The notes under the pieces: generated by a model | Databases searched by the model: none | Told to the model about the DNA's origin: nothing | What the model saw: the letters and a program-made list of their open reading frames with translations, nothing else | Assembly (NCBI GenBank): GCA_902633855.1 | Contig: CACPHU010000004.1 | Location: 17,479 to 81,478, forward strand | Length of the DNA stretch: 64,000 nt | Source of the DNA: an uncultured OCS116 cluster bacterium | GTDB lineage: Bacteria > Pseudomonadota > Alphaproteobacteria > Rhizobiales > TMED25 | Direction: 5' to 3' | Made by a program: the position numbers and the translations under genes | Shown here: one piece after another, positions 42,621-52,710 of the stretch | Numbering within the stretch: the stretch's first letter is position 1 | Layout: every line of letters starts with the position of its first letter

Positions 42621-43612
42621 GAAGACCTAGATTCTGGAATGATACTTCACTTCTCACAAATGTACTGACCCCAATTGGGCTCATTCATAATTTTATTTCT
42701 AAGCAAAGCTACAAACTAAACAAACCATACTACTCAAAAGCCCCCGTAATTTGCATTGGTAGCCTTATAATTGGTGGTGGAGCCAAGACCCCAGTCGTGA
42801 TAGCTATACAAAAATTATTGTTAAAAAAAAATAAAAAAGTATCGGCAGCATCAAAGTGCTACAAGGGAAAGATTAAACGTCCAGTTCTTATTGATAAGAG
42901 TCACACATCGATTGATGTTGGGGATGAACCTCTGCTTTTATCTCAGTTATGTGAGACATTTGTATCAAAAAATAGAAAAGCGGCCTTGGAAATGGCGAAT
43001 AATTATAGCGAGTATGATTACATTGTTTCCGATGATGGATATAGGGATGTCTCAATCAAAAATAAAGTAAATGTGTTAGTAATCGACGGAAATATACCTA
43101 GAATAAATCTAAAACAATTTCCAGCAGGTGATTTACAAGGCTCAATAGACGACGCCCTCAACCTTGCAGACATATTAATTCTCATCGACGAAGAAAAAGC
43201 TGATAAGCAGATCGTTGAAAAGATAAAAAATTATAAAAAACATTGCGTATCAGCTAGATCAGAATACCAAATAAGAAATGATGATAAGTCAGAAAAAATA
43301 ACATTTACAGGAATTGGTATGCCTAAAAAATTTCATAATACCTTGAATAAATTAAAAATAAAAAGTGTACAAAATTTGACCTATCCAAATCACTTCCAGT
43401 ATGGCAGGAATGACGTAAAACACTTACTCAAAATTGCATCGGAGCATGGTAAATACTCCTTATTAACGACCTCAAAAGACTATGTTAGATTTAATGATAA
43501 GAATGATCCAGACAGGAGGCTTCGAGATATAGTGGATGTTCTAGATATCTCCGTTGAAATAAATCAACCCGATGATCTGATGAGACATATTTCGAATAAA
43601 TCCATAAATTAA
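42617..43612 (+). CDS. lpxK: Tetraacyldisaccharide 4'-kinase
   Basis: PVICIG...GG.AKTP, VGDEPLLL, DDG, TTSKD; follows waaA. Confidence 0.88.
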   Translation: MRRPRFWNDTSLLTNVLTPIGLIHNFISKQSYKLNKPYYSKAPVICIGSLIIGGGAKTPVVIAIQKLLLKKNKKVSAASKCYKGKIKRPVLIDKSHTSIDVGDEPLLLSQLCETFVSKNRKAALEMANNYSEYDYIVSDDGYRDVSIKNKVNVLVIDGNIPRINLKQFPAGDLQGSIDDALNLADILILIDEEKADKQIVEKIKNYKKHCVSARSEYQIRNDDKSEKITFTGIGMPKKFHNTLNKLKIKSVQNLTYPNHFQYGRNDVKHLLKIASEHGKYSLLTTSKDYVRFNDKNDPDRRLRDIVDVLDISVEINQPDDLMRHISNKSIN

Positions 43613-43613
43613 T

Positions 43614-43829
43614 CTAACTACTCTTTATATAACCAGCTAATGCTGCTTCCGCACTTTCATAGGGCTCTTGCCTTTCGACAGACCAGTACTTTAAATCACT
43701 AACGCTAATCTTATTTCCGGTAACTGCGCACACAACATATTGCCCATCAACCAATACATCAAATTCACCGTCTGAGTATTTTAATTTGGCCTCTTGATTA
43801 TCTATTATATTTTTATTTTTTCCTATCAT
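43614..43829 (-). CDS. DUF2093-family small protein
   Basis: G.YVVCAVTG..I...LKYWSVERQEPY. Confidence 0.88.
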   Translation of the reverse strand: MIGKNKNIIDNQEAKLKYSDGEFDVLVDGQYVVCAVTGNKISVSDLKYWSVERQEPYESAEAALAGYIKSS

Positions 43830-43839
43830 TACACATTAA

Positions 43840-45198
43840 TTATTTATCATTTTGATTTCTTACGGTAATTTCGCCATCTGAAAACATAATGTTTACTAAT
43901 TTATGTTGATTTGCAACTTTTTTACTTTCAACAATTGATTCATCTTGATCTTTTATTATGGCATAGCCCCTGTTCATGGTTTTTTTATAATTTAAACTAT
44001 CTAATAATCTATTGTTTGAGGATAATAAATAGGATTTATCTCGAATTCTACCCTTTGTATTTGATAGTAATTCTGAATTAATTTTTTCCTGCTTTATTGC
44101 ATAGTTATTTAGTTTCTGCTCAAGCAATCTGATGATTTTTTCATTTAGGTTATTTTGTTTCAATTTCTTATTCTGGATATTACTAACAAGAGCCTGCTTT
44201 GATATCTTGGAACTTAGCCTTTCAAAATCGATTAGTTTTCCATTTTGATATTGCATTCCCCTTGAGATTAATTTCTGCTCTGCAAAGTTGTATCTGAGAG
44301 TAAAATTAGCTAACTTATCAAAAATGAACTTCTTAAGTATTTCTATATCCTGATTAATCTTATACTTAACCTCTCTAATATCCGGGAATAATTTTCCGGC
44401 TGCAGCAGTGGGTGTTGGAGCTCTGTAGTCTGAAGCAAGATCAATCAGACATGTATCCGTTTCATGACCAATTGCAGTAATAACTGGAATATCCGATGAA
44501 TATACTGCTCTGACAAGAATTTCATCATTAAAACCCCACAAATCCTCAAGTGATCCACCACCTCTTGCAATTAGTATAACATCTGGTCTTTTCGTGGACG
44601 AAGTAATTCTATTGGCCCCGATAACTGCTTCACTAATTTCCTTTGGGCAGTTTTGCCCTTGAACAGAAACATCCATAATATCAATATTTATTGGATATCC
44701 TCGATCTTTATTTATTCTTAAAATATCGCGTATTACTGCTCCATTAATAGAGGTTAGAATAAGCAAATTTTTTGGATATTTTGGAATTAATTTTTTTTTC
44801 GAAACATCAAATAGCCCCTCTGCTTGCAGACTTTTCTTTAATTTCTCATAAAGGGCCAATAGCGCACCTTCACCTGCAACCTCAACATTATCAATCATTA
44901 TTTGATATTTTGAGTTACTACCTCTTGAGTATGTCGTAATTTTTCCAGATGCAATTACTTCCATCCCATCTTGTGGCTTGATGTTTAATTTTTGAAATTT
45001 GTCAGGCCAAATAATCGCTTCTATGAGGTCATTTTGTTCTTTTAATGATAAAAATACATGCCCTGCCTTGCTCACACTGAGCCCAGATACCTCTCCTCTA
45101 AGCCTTATATAACCAAAGTTTTCTTCAAGGCTCTTCTTTATTTCTTGGGAGAGCTCAATAACACCATATTCTCGAATATTTTGATTAACAAAAATCAT
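43840..45198 (-). CDS. xseA: Exodeoxyribonuclease VII large subunit
   Basis: RGEVSG, GAVIRDI, ARGGGSLEDLWGFNDE, AIGHETD, APTPTAAA. Confidence 0.96.
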   Translation of the reverse strand: MIFVNQNIREYGVIELSQEIKKSLEENFGYIRLRGEVSGLSVSKAGHVFLSLKEQNDLIEAIIWPDKFQKLNIKPQDGMEVIASGKITTYSRGSNSKYQIMIDNVEVAGEGALLALYEKLKKSLQAEGLFDVSKKKLIPKYPKNLLILTSINGAVIRDILRINKDRGYPINIDIMDVSVQGQNCPKEISEAVIGANRITSSTKRPDVILIARGGGSLEDLWGFNDEILVRAVYSSDIPVITAIGHETDTCLIDLASDYRAPTPTAAAGKLFPDIREVKYKINQDIEILKKFIFDKLANFTLRYNFAEQKLISRGMQYQNGKLIDFERLSSKISKQALVSNIQNKKLKQNNLNEKIIRLLEQKLNNYAIKQEKINSELLSNTKGRIRDKSYLLSSNNRLLDSLNYKKTMNRGYAIIKDQDESIVESKKVANQHKLVNIMFSDGEITVRNQNDK

Positions 45199-45287
45199 TT
45201 AAAACCATTATTTATGAATTAACATTATAATTCTTTACGTTAATATTATGAGTAAAATTATTTTGATGTAACTAAAATTGTGGGCAA

Positions 45288-46559
45288 ATGAATATTTTAA
45301 TCATTGGCAGTGGTGGAAGAGAACATGCCATCGCAATGGCTTTGTCTAAAAGTCCAATCAAGAACCAGTTATTTGCCCTACCAGGCAATCCCGGTATTAA
45401 CGAATATTGTGAGTGTATAGATATTGACCCATCTAACTTTAGAGAGATTAAGAATTTTTCCAAAAATAATAATATTGACCTTGTAATTGTTGGGCCCGAA
45501 GTACCAATATGTGAAGGGATTACGGATTACTTGAAAGAATATAAAATCGACGTTTTTGCACCTAGTTTGGAAGCATCAAAGCTAGAGTCGTCAAAAAAAT
45601 TTACAAAAGAAATTGCATTTGAAAATAACATTCCAACAGGTGAAGCAAAGTGGTTTGATAATTATGCTGATGCATGTTTGTATTTAGAAAAACTTGAGGC
45701 ACCATATGTCATAAAAGCTGATGGATTAGCAGCAGGTAAAGGTGTTGCAATTTGTGAAGATCTCAATGGCGCAAAAAATTCATTGGAAGATGTCTTTAAC
45801 GGAAAATTTGGAAGTGGGCAATCCGTATTAATTGAAGAATTTCTGTATGGTCAAGAGCTCAGCTACTTTGCGATTACAGACGGTAAGGAAATTCTACCCC
45901 TCATTGGTGCTCAAGATCACAAACGGCTACTTGATAAAGATGAGGGTCCAAATACAGGTGGTATGGGTGCCTACTGCCCTCCACCAATGTTATCTACTGA
46001 ACTCGAAAATAAAATTATGAATCAAATTTTAGAACCAACAATATACGGCCTTAGAAAGAGAGGGATTGAATATAAAGGAGTTCTTTTTGCGGGACTGATG
46101 GTTAGAGAAAATCAACCAAGCTTAATTGAATATAATATTAGATTTGGTGATCCTGAAACCCAGGCATTATTGATGCTCATGAAGTCAGACTTTGCAGAAT
46201 TACTGTTTGAAACCGTAAATGGAAATATTAACAACTATAATCTTGAGTGGGAAAAAAAGAAAGCAATAACAGTAGTATTAGCTAATGAAGGGTATCCATC
46301 ACAATATAATAAAAATTCAGAAATATATGGTATTGAGGATGCTGAAAAAAATCCAAATGTGAAAGTTTTTCATGCTGGTACTTCAATCATTGATGGTTCT
46401 TTGATAGCCACGGGCGGCCGAGTACTAAATGTTACATCAATTGCTGACACACTAGAACTTGCAAGAGAGCATGCCTATTCAGCAATTGAAAAAATAACCT
46501 ACAAAGGTAAAGTATATCGAAATGATATAGCTTGGAGAGCTCTTAGCAAAATTACTTAA
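45288..46559 (+). CDS. purD: Phosphoribosylamine--glycine ligase
   Basis: GSGGREHA, KADGLAAGKGV, QDHKR, GPNTGGMGAY, RFGDPE. Confidence 0.98.
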   Translation: MNILIIGSGGREHAIAMALSKSPIKNQLFALPGNPGINEYCECIDIDPSNFREIKNFSKNNNIDLVIVGPEVPICEGITDYLKEYKIDVFAPSLEASKLESSKKFTKEIAFENNIPTGEAKWFDNYADACLYLEKLEAPYVIKADGLAAGKGVAICEDLNGAKNSLEDVFNGKFGSGQSVLIEEFLYGQELSYFAITDGKEILPLIGAQDHKRLLDKDEGPNTGGMGAYCPPPMLSTELENKIMNQILEPTIYGLRKRGIEYKGVLFAGLMVRENQPSLIEYNIRFGDPETQALLMLMKSDFAELLFETVNGNINNYNLEWEKKKAITVVLANEGYPSQYNKNSEIYGIEDAEKNPNVKVFHAGTSIIDGSLIATGGRVLNVTSIADTLELAREHAYSAIEKITYKGKVYRNDIAWRALSKIT

Positions 46560-47007
46560 GCCCTCTCTTCGATTGAAAGAATGCCCTAATTAACTCTTTG
46601 TTTTTTTCCTCTAGAATACCTCCATATATTTCAGGGCGATGGTTACATTCTCTAGAAGATAAGTATCTCGATGACTCTTTTGATGAGAATTCATTTAGTT
46701 GGCTTGCGTAAGCACCAAAGTAAAGCCTACGTATGCGGGCGTTTGAAATTGCCACCATACACATTAAGCAAGGCTCAAGAGTAACAAACAAATCATAATC
46801 CGTGAGAATATTATTTTTTACCTTTTCTGTGGCAATTCTCAGAGCATTGATCTCGGCGTGTGCAGATGGATCATATGTTGATTTGGTCAAATTATGAGCT
46901 CTTGAAATTATTTCCCCATCCCTATTTACAATCAATGCTCCGACGGGTACCTCACCCGCATCCTTCGCTTCAACTGCTTCTTCAATCGCGAGCTCCATAA
47001 ACCTCAT
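46552..47007 (-). CDS. tadA: tRNA adenosine deaminase (nucleoside deaminase family)
   Basis: GEVPVGA, HAE and TLEPCLMC zinc motifs. Confidence 0.88.
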   Translation of the reverse strand: MRFMELAIEEAVEAKDAGEVPVGALIVNRDGEIISRAHNLTKSTYDPSAHAEINALRIATEKVKNNILTDYDLFVTLEPCLMCMVAISNARIRRLYFGAYASQLNEFSSKESSRYLSSRECNHRPEIYGGILEEKNKELIRAFFQSKRGLK

Positions 47008-47062
47008 AAATGCCTCTCATAAAAAGATATAAAATAAATTCATTACATCATATAATCGTAGC

Positions 47063-47815
47063 ATGCCAAATAATATCAATAAAGATACAAAAAATATTAG
47101 AATAGCAAAATTTATCTCAAAAGCTGGGGCATATTCGCGCCGAGATGCAGAAAAACTTATCTTTGAAGGAAAAGTTGAAATAAATGGCAGAACTATTGAC
47201 TCACCTGCAACATTTGCTAATCAAAAAGATAAAATCTTGGTAGATGGTAAAATAATAAAACATAATGAAAGTACTCGAATATGGCTCCTGAACAAGCCAA
47301 AAGGCTACATTACAACATCAAAAGATCCACAAAATAGAAAAGAGGTATTTGATCTTTTGCCATCAAATATAGATCACTTAATTCCAATTGGCAGACTTGA
47401 TTTGAATACCGAAGGACTACTTATATTTACAAATAATGGTGATTTTTCACGATATATGGAACATCCAAAAAATAAAATAATTAGAAAATATAAGATTAAG
47501 GTTAGAGGAAAGGTTAAAAAAGAAAAGATTGATGAGATTATTGGTAAAATGATTATTAATAATATTAAATACAATATCATAAATGCAGAACTAATCTCAC
47601 ACAGCCAATCGAATTCATGGTTAACGATTGAAATTGCTGAAGGTAAGAATCGTGAAGTTAGAAAAATTTTTGAACATTTAGATATTCAAATAAACAGACT
47701 TATAAGAATTAAATTTGGGCCATTTGAACTAGGGCAAATAAATAAAGGTGAATTTATTGAACTTAACAAGAAAGAAGTTCCGACAAAATTAAAAAAAATA
47801 GGTTTTAAGGAATAG
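47063..47815 (+). CDS. rluB: rRNA pseudouridine synthase (RluB/RsuA family, S4 domain)
   Basis: RIAKFISKAG..SRRDAE, NKPKG, GRLDLNTEGLL, EGKNREVR. Confidence 0.88.
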   Translation: MPNNINKDTKNIRIAKFISKAGAYSRRDAEKLIFEGKVEINGRTIDSPATFANQKDKILVDGKIIKHNESTRIWLLNKPKGYITTSKDPQNRKEVFDLLPSNIDHLIPIGRLDLNTEGLLIFTNNGDFSRYMEHPKNKIIRKYKIKVRGKVKKEKIDEIIGKMIINNIKYNIINAELISHSQSNSWLTIEIAEGKNREVRKIFEHLDIQINRLIRIKFGPFELGQINKGEFIELNKKEVPTKLKKIGFKE

Positions 47816-47818
47816 AAA

Positions 47819-48376
47819 ATGCGCGTCATATCAGGATCTGCAAAGGGTAAAAGATTAGCAACCGTTAAAGATGCGAGCATCAGACCGACCGCGGATAAAG
47901 TAAAAATGGCATTATTTAATGTACTACAGCATGGTGTTATTAATTTTAATTTTGAAGGGTGTACCACACTTGATATGTTTTCAGGATCAGGCTCACTGGG
48001 AATTGAGTCGTTATCCAGAGGTTCCAAATTTTGTTTTTTTTTAGACGTTAGTCGCGAGTCACATCTGGTTTGCAAAAAAAATCTTCAAAACTGCGGCTTT
48101 TCTGATCTCTCAACGCATGTACTAATGGATATTAGAACAAAAAAACCTTTTTTTATTGAAAATAAATTTGATCTTATTCTAGCCGATCCACCTTATGGAA
48201 AAGAATACTTGGTAAATATTTTAGAGTTTGTTAAGAGGAATGATCTTCTTAACTCTGATGGTATCCTCGTTATTGAAGATGATATAAGGGCTGAACTTAA
48301 ACTCAACAATAACTTCAAATTAATTGAAAAAAAAAATTATGGAAAAACCCAGTTAATTTTTTTAACTCCAAACTGA
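47819..48376 (+). CDS. rsmD: 16S rRNA m2G966 methyltransferase
   Basis: MRVISG..KG, RPT, LDMFSGSGSLGIE.LSRG, DPPY. Confidence 0.95.
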   Translation: MRVISGSAKGKRLATVKDASIRPTADKVKMALFNVLQHGVINFNFEGCTTLDMFSGSGSLGIESLSRGSKFCFFLDVSRESHLVCKKNLQNCGFSDLSTHVLMDIRTKKPFFIENKFDLILADPPYGKEYLVNILEFVKRNDLLNSDGILVIEDDIRAELKLNNNFKLIEKKNYGKTQLIFLTPN

Positions 48377-48391
48377 GCTTACTAAATAAAT

Positions 48392-48415
48392 AAATAGAAC
48401 GAACGTTCGTATTTT
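48392..48415. terminator. Hairpin between convergent rsmD and the DUF3035 gene (possible terminator)
   Basis: AAATAGAAC-GAAC-GTTCGTATTT stem-loop; contains perfect 12-bp palindrome ACGAACGTTCGT at 48399-48410. Confidence 0.4.
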
Positions 48416-49212
48416 TAAAACAACCCAAAGCCACTGCTTAAACCTCCGAGCAGTCCTTTAAATACTGTCGGCATTCTATCGACAGGTGGTATTTCCTTAG
48501 CTTTATCGTCTTCTATTTTATCCGTTCCAGAGTCTTCTCCAGTAAGATCGTTATCTGAGGGCCCTATATCAATAATATCTTCAATACTCATGTCATAGTT
48601 TATGTTTTCATTATTTCCAGATTGACCGGGTTCTGTTAAATTCTGTAGAGTGAACTGATTCATACTCAAACTTTCAACCACCACATTATTTTTTTTGATG
48701 GTATTTTCGGATTTTTCTGTTTTTATCCCATCCTTTATAATATTTTCGTTATCGAGTCGTTGGATTTCAGCTTCCACATCTAGAACTTGACTATTCTCCT
48801 CTCTAAGTCTTAGAACATAGTCACGAAGGCTTTCATTCTCATATGCTCCCTCTTCGCTATATAATTCTTGTTTAATTTGAGGATTTGCATTATTTGCTTC
48901 TGCCATCTCAAGAATAAAAACTTCTCCATCAGAAATATCGATATCCTCCGTCTCGCCAAAAATTGCTTCTTCCGATAAATTTCTTTGCTCGTCTATGAAT
49001 GCAATTTGATTTTCTGATGGTGGTCTTAAAAGGAAATCAGGTGGCATTTCCAGTGGTTTTTTTGTAACAGTCAAAAACTCATCGGGTGGACCAGCTTGAA
49101 AGGCATTGCCAGTGGAGGAGGCTGATACAAACTCCTTCAATGAAGGGCCACAACCCGTCAATAAAATGATAAGTAGTAGAGGCAAATATTGATATAATTT
49201 GTTCTTATACAT
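48415..49212 (-). CDS. DUF3035-family lipoprotein with acidic C-terminal extension
   Basis: Lipobox LTGC; PPDEF.V..KPL.MPPDF.LRPP signature; follows lspA. Confidence 0.8.
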   Translation of the reverse strand: MYKNKLYQYLPLLLIILLTGCGPSLKEFVSASSTGNAFQAGPPDEFLTVTKKPLEMPPDFLLRPPSENQIAFIDEQRNLSEEAIFGETEDIDISDGEVFILEMAEANNANPQIKQELYSEEGAYENESLRDYVLRLREENSQVLDVEAEIQRLDNENIIKDGIKTEKSENTIKKNNVVVESLSMNQFTLQNLTEPGQSGNNENINYDMSIEDIIDIGPSDNDLTGEDSGTDKIEDDKAKEIPPVDRMPTVFKGLLGGLSSGFGLF

Positions 49213-49228
49213 CAGAGGTTCTAAATAT

Positions 49229-49732
49229 TTAAGGGCTATTTTTTATGTTAGGATAAATAAACGCATAGATCAATATTAATAGCCCACTTACTATATATAT
49301 ATCTGCAATATTGAAGACATACCAACTGTAAGTTGCAATTTCAAAGTGAAAAAAATCAGCCACAGCTCCATAGATCAACCTGTCAATTATATTGGAACTG
49401 GCACCAGCTAGAATTAATATTAATGTTATACTGCGATATCTAATCTCTGAATTTGTTATAAATTTTGCTATCCAAACACAGATGATTAATGAAAAAAATA
49501 TTATGATCAATTGCCCTGCATAACTCTGTTGCGGAAAAAGACCATAACTGACGCCCCTATTCCAGACAAGAACCACTTCAAAGAAGTTATTGAGCCTTAA
49601 TGAATTTAATTGGTTTTCTTGAAGAAAATTCAACAAATAAACTTTTACGAGCCTATCTATAATAAATAAACCGGCAAATATTGCGATCTCTTTTTTATAT
49701 TCTCCTAGTAGTCTAAAGATGTTTTTACTCAT
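49229..49732 (-). CDS. lspA: Lipoprotein signal peptidase II
   Basis: WNRGVSYG, NIIDR..YGAVADF, FNIAD. Confidence 0.96.
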   Translation of the reverse strand: MSKNIFRLLGEYKKEIAIFAGLFIIDRLVKVYLLNFLQENQLNSLRLNNFFEVVLVWNRGVSYGLFPQQSYAGQLIIIFFSLIICVWIAKFITNSEIRYRSITLILILAGASSNIIDRLIYGAVADFFHFEIATYSWYVFNIADIYIVSGLLILIYAFIYPNIKNSP

Positions 49733-49737
49733 CTACA

Positions 49738-52692
49738 CTAATTTTGGCTTAAACTCAGAAACTCACGTACCGCATCGGCATCTCTCTTGGATAATTCGGG
49801 ATATTCAGCATCCAATCCTACGTCCTGACTAACCTTCCAAGACCTCTTACATTTTTTACCATTAGCAATGTGAACAATCACGCCGATTTCAGGCTCCTCA
49901 TCCAAAACAAAACACTTACTATCAGGCTTTTTATTTATCAATTCAAAGCTGCTTGTGATGCAAATTTCAGCTAGGTCGATATCACATACTGAAGCTTGTA
50001 TATCTTTATCATTCAGATATATCTGAATACCTGCTTCGAGGCTTGACCCAATTTCTTTATCTCGCCTTTTTATCTCTAGCGCAGCAGTTACGGTCTTACG
50101 TAACTTTCTTACATTATCCCACTTTGAATTTATATTATCACTACTCCATTTGTTATTTACCAACTCAAATCTTGATAGATGAATCGATCTATCCTGAGCA
50201 AATGGATAATTTTTCCAAACCTCATCCATTGTGAAGCTTAAGATTGGTGCATATAATTTTGATATCGTTTTGAATATGAGGTTTATTACATAGAGCGAAG
50301 ATTTTCTTTTTTCACTCGAGTAAGGGTCACAATAGAGAGAGTCCTTGCGGATATCGAAATAAAAGGCTGATAAATCCAAGTTAATGTAATTCACCAGCAA
50401 TGTGGTCACTTTCCTGTAGTCATAAGCTTCATATGCATCCTGTACATCCTCTTGTAGTCTTGTGAGGCTGTGCAACATATATTTCTCTAATTCGTCTAAA
50501 TCCTCATAATCATAAATCCAGCTCTGATCATAATTTGATAATACACCCAACATCCACCTGATCGTATTCCTAATCTTTCTGTAAGCTTCTATAATTGACT
50601 TCAAGATCTCTTCACCAATTCGCTGATCATCACTATAGTCTGTGGATGCAACCCAAAGCCTTAAAATATCGGCTCCATATTTTTTTACTATATCTTGGGG
50701 AGATATAACATTCCCAAGAGACTTGGACATCTTTCTACCGTCTTTATCCATGGTGAAGCCATGAGTTAAGACAGATTTGTAGGGGGCACGACCACGGGTC
50801 AGGCTACTTTCCAGTAAAGATGAGTGAAACCATCCTCTGTGTTGATCGCTTCCTTCCAAATACATATCCGCTGGCCACGTTGTTTCAGGATTATTTTCAA
50901 GAACAAAGGCGTGAGTTGTGCCTGACTCGAACCATACATCCAAAATGTCATCAACTTTTTCCCAATCATCATGATTATCAACAATCCCTTCTAAGAATCT
51001 CTCTTTTGCATTTTCCTTAAACCAAGAATTTGCTCCTTCTTCAGAGAAAATTTTATGAATTCGATCAATTAATATTTCAGATTTATCAAATTCTTGATTT
51101 GGAATAAAAATGCCTGTTTCCCTGTTAATGAATAATGAAATTGGTACTCCCCATGTTCTTTGTCTTGACAAAACCCAATCTGGCCTTGCCTCAATCATTG
51201 AGTGCAGTCTGTTCTTTCCCGCGGGTGGATAGAAAATTGTATTATTGATTGATTTCAGTGCAGTTGACCGTAAACCATCAGTTTTATTATCCTCCATCGA
51301 AATAAACCATTGTGGGGTGTTTCGGAAAATTACAGGTTTTTTTGAACGCCACGAATGAGGATATTGGTGTTCAAAGCGCTTTCGAGAAATGATTGATTCA
51401 CAGTCAACTAATTTACTTATGACATGCTCATTTGCTTTACCTTTTTTTCCGTTTTTATCAAACACATACACTCCATGAAAACCATCGATATTTTCATCAA
51501 AGGCTCCATCCTCGTTTACTGTGTATGGGATAGTACTATCAATATTTTGTTCATCTAGACTTTTCTTGTTTTTCATCCAAATCTCAAAATCATCAATACC
51601 ATGACCAGGGGCCGTATGAACAAAACCTGTACCCGCATCATCTGTCACGTGGTTACCATCCAATAGTGGAACATCAAAATTAAACCCTTTAAGAAGATTA
51701 TGGAATGGATGCTTGCAAATTAATTTTTTTAGAGTATATGAGGGAATTTCAGTAATTTTTTTATACTTTGTGACCTTGGACATCCCCATAACTTCATCAA
51801 CTAGAGAGTCGGCAATAATATAATTATCACCCTGCTTTGCCCAGACGTCGGTATCTGTGGATTGGACTTCATATTGGCTATATGAAATATTTGATGAAAA
51901 GCATATTGCCCTATTACCGGGAATTGTCCACGGGGTGGTTGTCCAAATAACAATGGAGGTATTTTCGGGTATTTTATGATTTTGGGTATCGCTACCGAAA
52001 GATTTTTTAGAGTCAATATCAAATTTGACCCATATAGCATCAGAAGTGTAATCGAGGTATTCAACTTCAGCTTCTGCAAGGGCAGTTTTTTCAATAACAG
52101 ACCACATAACAGGCTTTGATCCCCTATAAAGCGCACCTTGCATACCAATTCTTAGTAACTCTTTTGCAATCAAAGCTTCTGATTTAAATTTCATTGTTGT
52201 GTACGGATTATCCCAATCACCAATAACTCCCAATCGTTTGAACTCATCTTTTTGTATACCAATCCAATGGTCAGCGAAATCTCTGCACTCATCACGAAAA
52301 TCATTAATTGGAATTGCGTCTTTATCCAAACCTTTATTCCTATATTTCTCCTCCACTTTCCACTCAATTGGCAAGCCATGACAATCCCAACCAGGAATGT
52401 AAGATACATTATAATTCATCATAAATTTCGACCTTACTATCAAATCTTTTAGAATCTTATTTAAAGCATGGCCGATATGAAGGTTGCCGTTGGCATAGGG
52501 TGGGCCATCATGAAGTGTAAAGGTTTTATTTCCTTTGTTTATTTCTCTATTTTTTGCATAAATATCAATGTCAATCCAATCATTAAGAAGTGAAGGCTCG
52601 GCGTCAGGTAAATTTGCACGCATTGGAAACTCTGTATTGGGTAACAAGATTGTTTCCGCCCAATTTATCTCACCATTTGCTTTTTTATCCAT
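49738..52692 (-). CDS. ileS: Isoleucine--tRNA ligase (type 1)
   Basis: LHDGPPYANG, HIGH, GWDCHGLPIE, EGSDQHRGWF, KMSKS. Confidence 0.99.
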   Translation of the reverse strand: MDKKANGEINWAETILLPNTEFPMRANLPDAEPSLLNDWIDIDIYAKNREINKGNKTFTLHDGPPYANGNLHIGHALNKILKDLIVRSKFMMNYNVSYIPGWDCHGLPIEWKVEEKYRNKGLDKDAIPINDFRDECRDFADHWIGIQKDEFKRLGVIGDWDNPYTTMKFKSEALIAKELLRIGMQGALYRGSKPVMWSVIEKTALAEAEVEYLDYTSDAIWVKFDIDSKKSFGSDTQNHKIPENTSIVIWTTTPWTIPGNRAICFSSNISYSQYEVQSTDTDVWAKQGDNYIIADSLVDEVMGMSKVTKYKKITEIPSYTLKKLICKHPFHNLLKGFNFDVPLLDGNHVTDDAGTGFVHTAPGHGIDDFEIWMKNKKSLDEQNIDSTIPYTVNEDGAFDENIDGFHGVYVFDKNGKKGKANEHVISKLVDCESIISRKRFEHQYPHSWRSKKPVIFRNTPQWFISMEDNKTDGLRSTALKSINNTIFYPPAGKNRLHSMIEARPDWVLSRQRTWGVPISLFINRETGIFIPNQEFDKSEILIDRIHKIFSEEGANSWFKENAKERFLEGIVDNHDDWEKVDDILDVWFESGTTHAFVLENNPETTWPADMYLEGSDQHRGWFHSSLLESSLTRGRAPYKSVLTHGFTMDKDGRKMSKSLGNVISPQDIVKKYGADILRLWVASTDYSDDQRIGEEILKSIIEAYRKIRNTIRWMLGVLSNYDQSWIYDYEDLDELEKYMLHSLTRLQEDVQDAYEAYDYRKVTTLLVNYINLDLSAFYFDIRKDSLYCDPYSSEKRKSSLYVINLIFKTISKLYAPILSFTMDEVWKNYPFAQDRSIHLSRFELVNNKWSSDNINSKWDNVRKLRKTVTAALEIKRRDKEIGSSLEAGIQIYLNDKDIQASVCDIDLAEICITSSFELINKKPDSKCFVLDEEPEIGVIVHIANGKKCKRSWKVSQDVGLDAEYPELSKRDADAVREFLSLSQN

Positions 52693-52710
52693 AAACTTAA
52701 CTAAATTATT

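Noticed and set aside
48397-48408. GAAC-N4-GTTC resembling a Gram-positive LexA box
   Set aside because: Lies between convergent gene ends; alphaproteobacterial LexA binds a direct repeat (GTTC-N7-GTTC); better explained as a terminator hairpin
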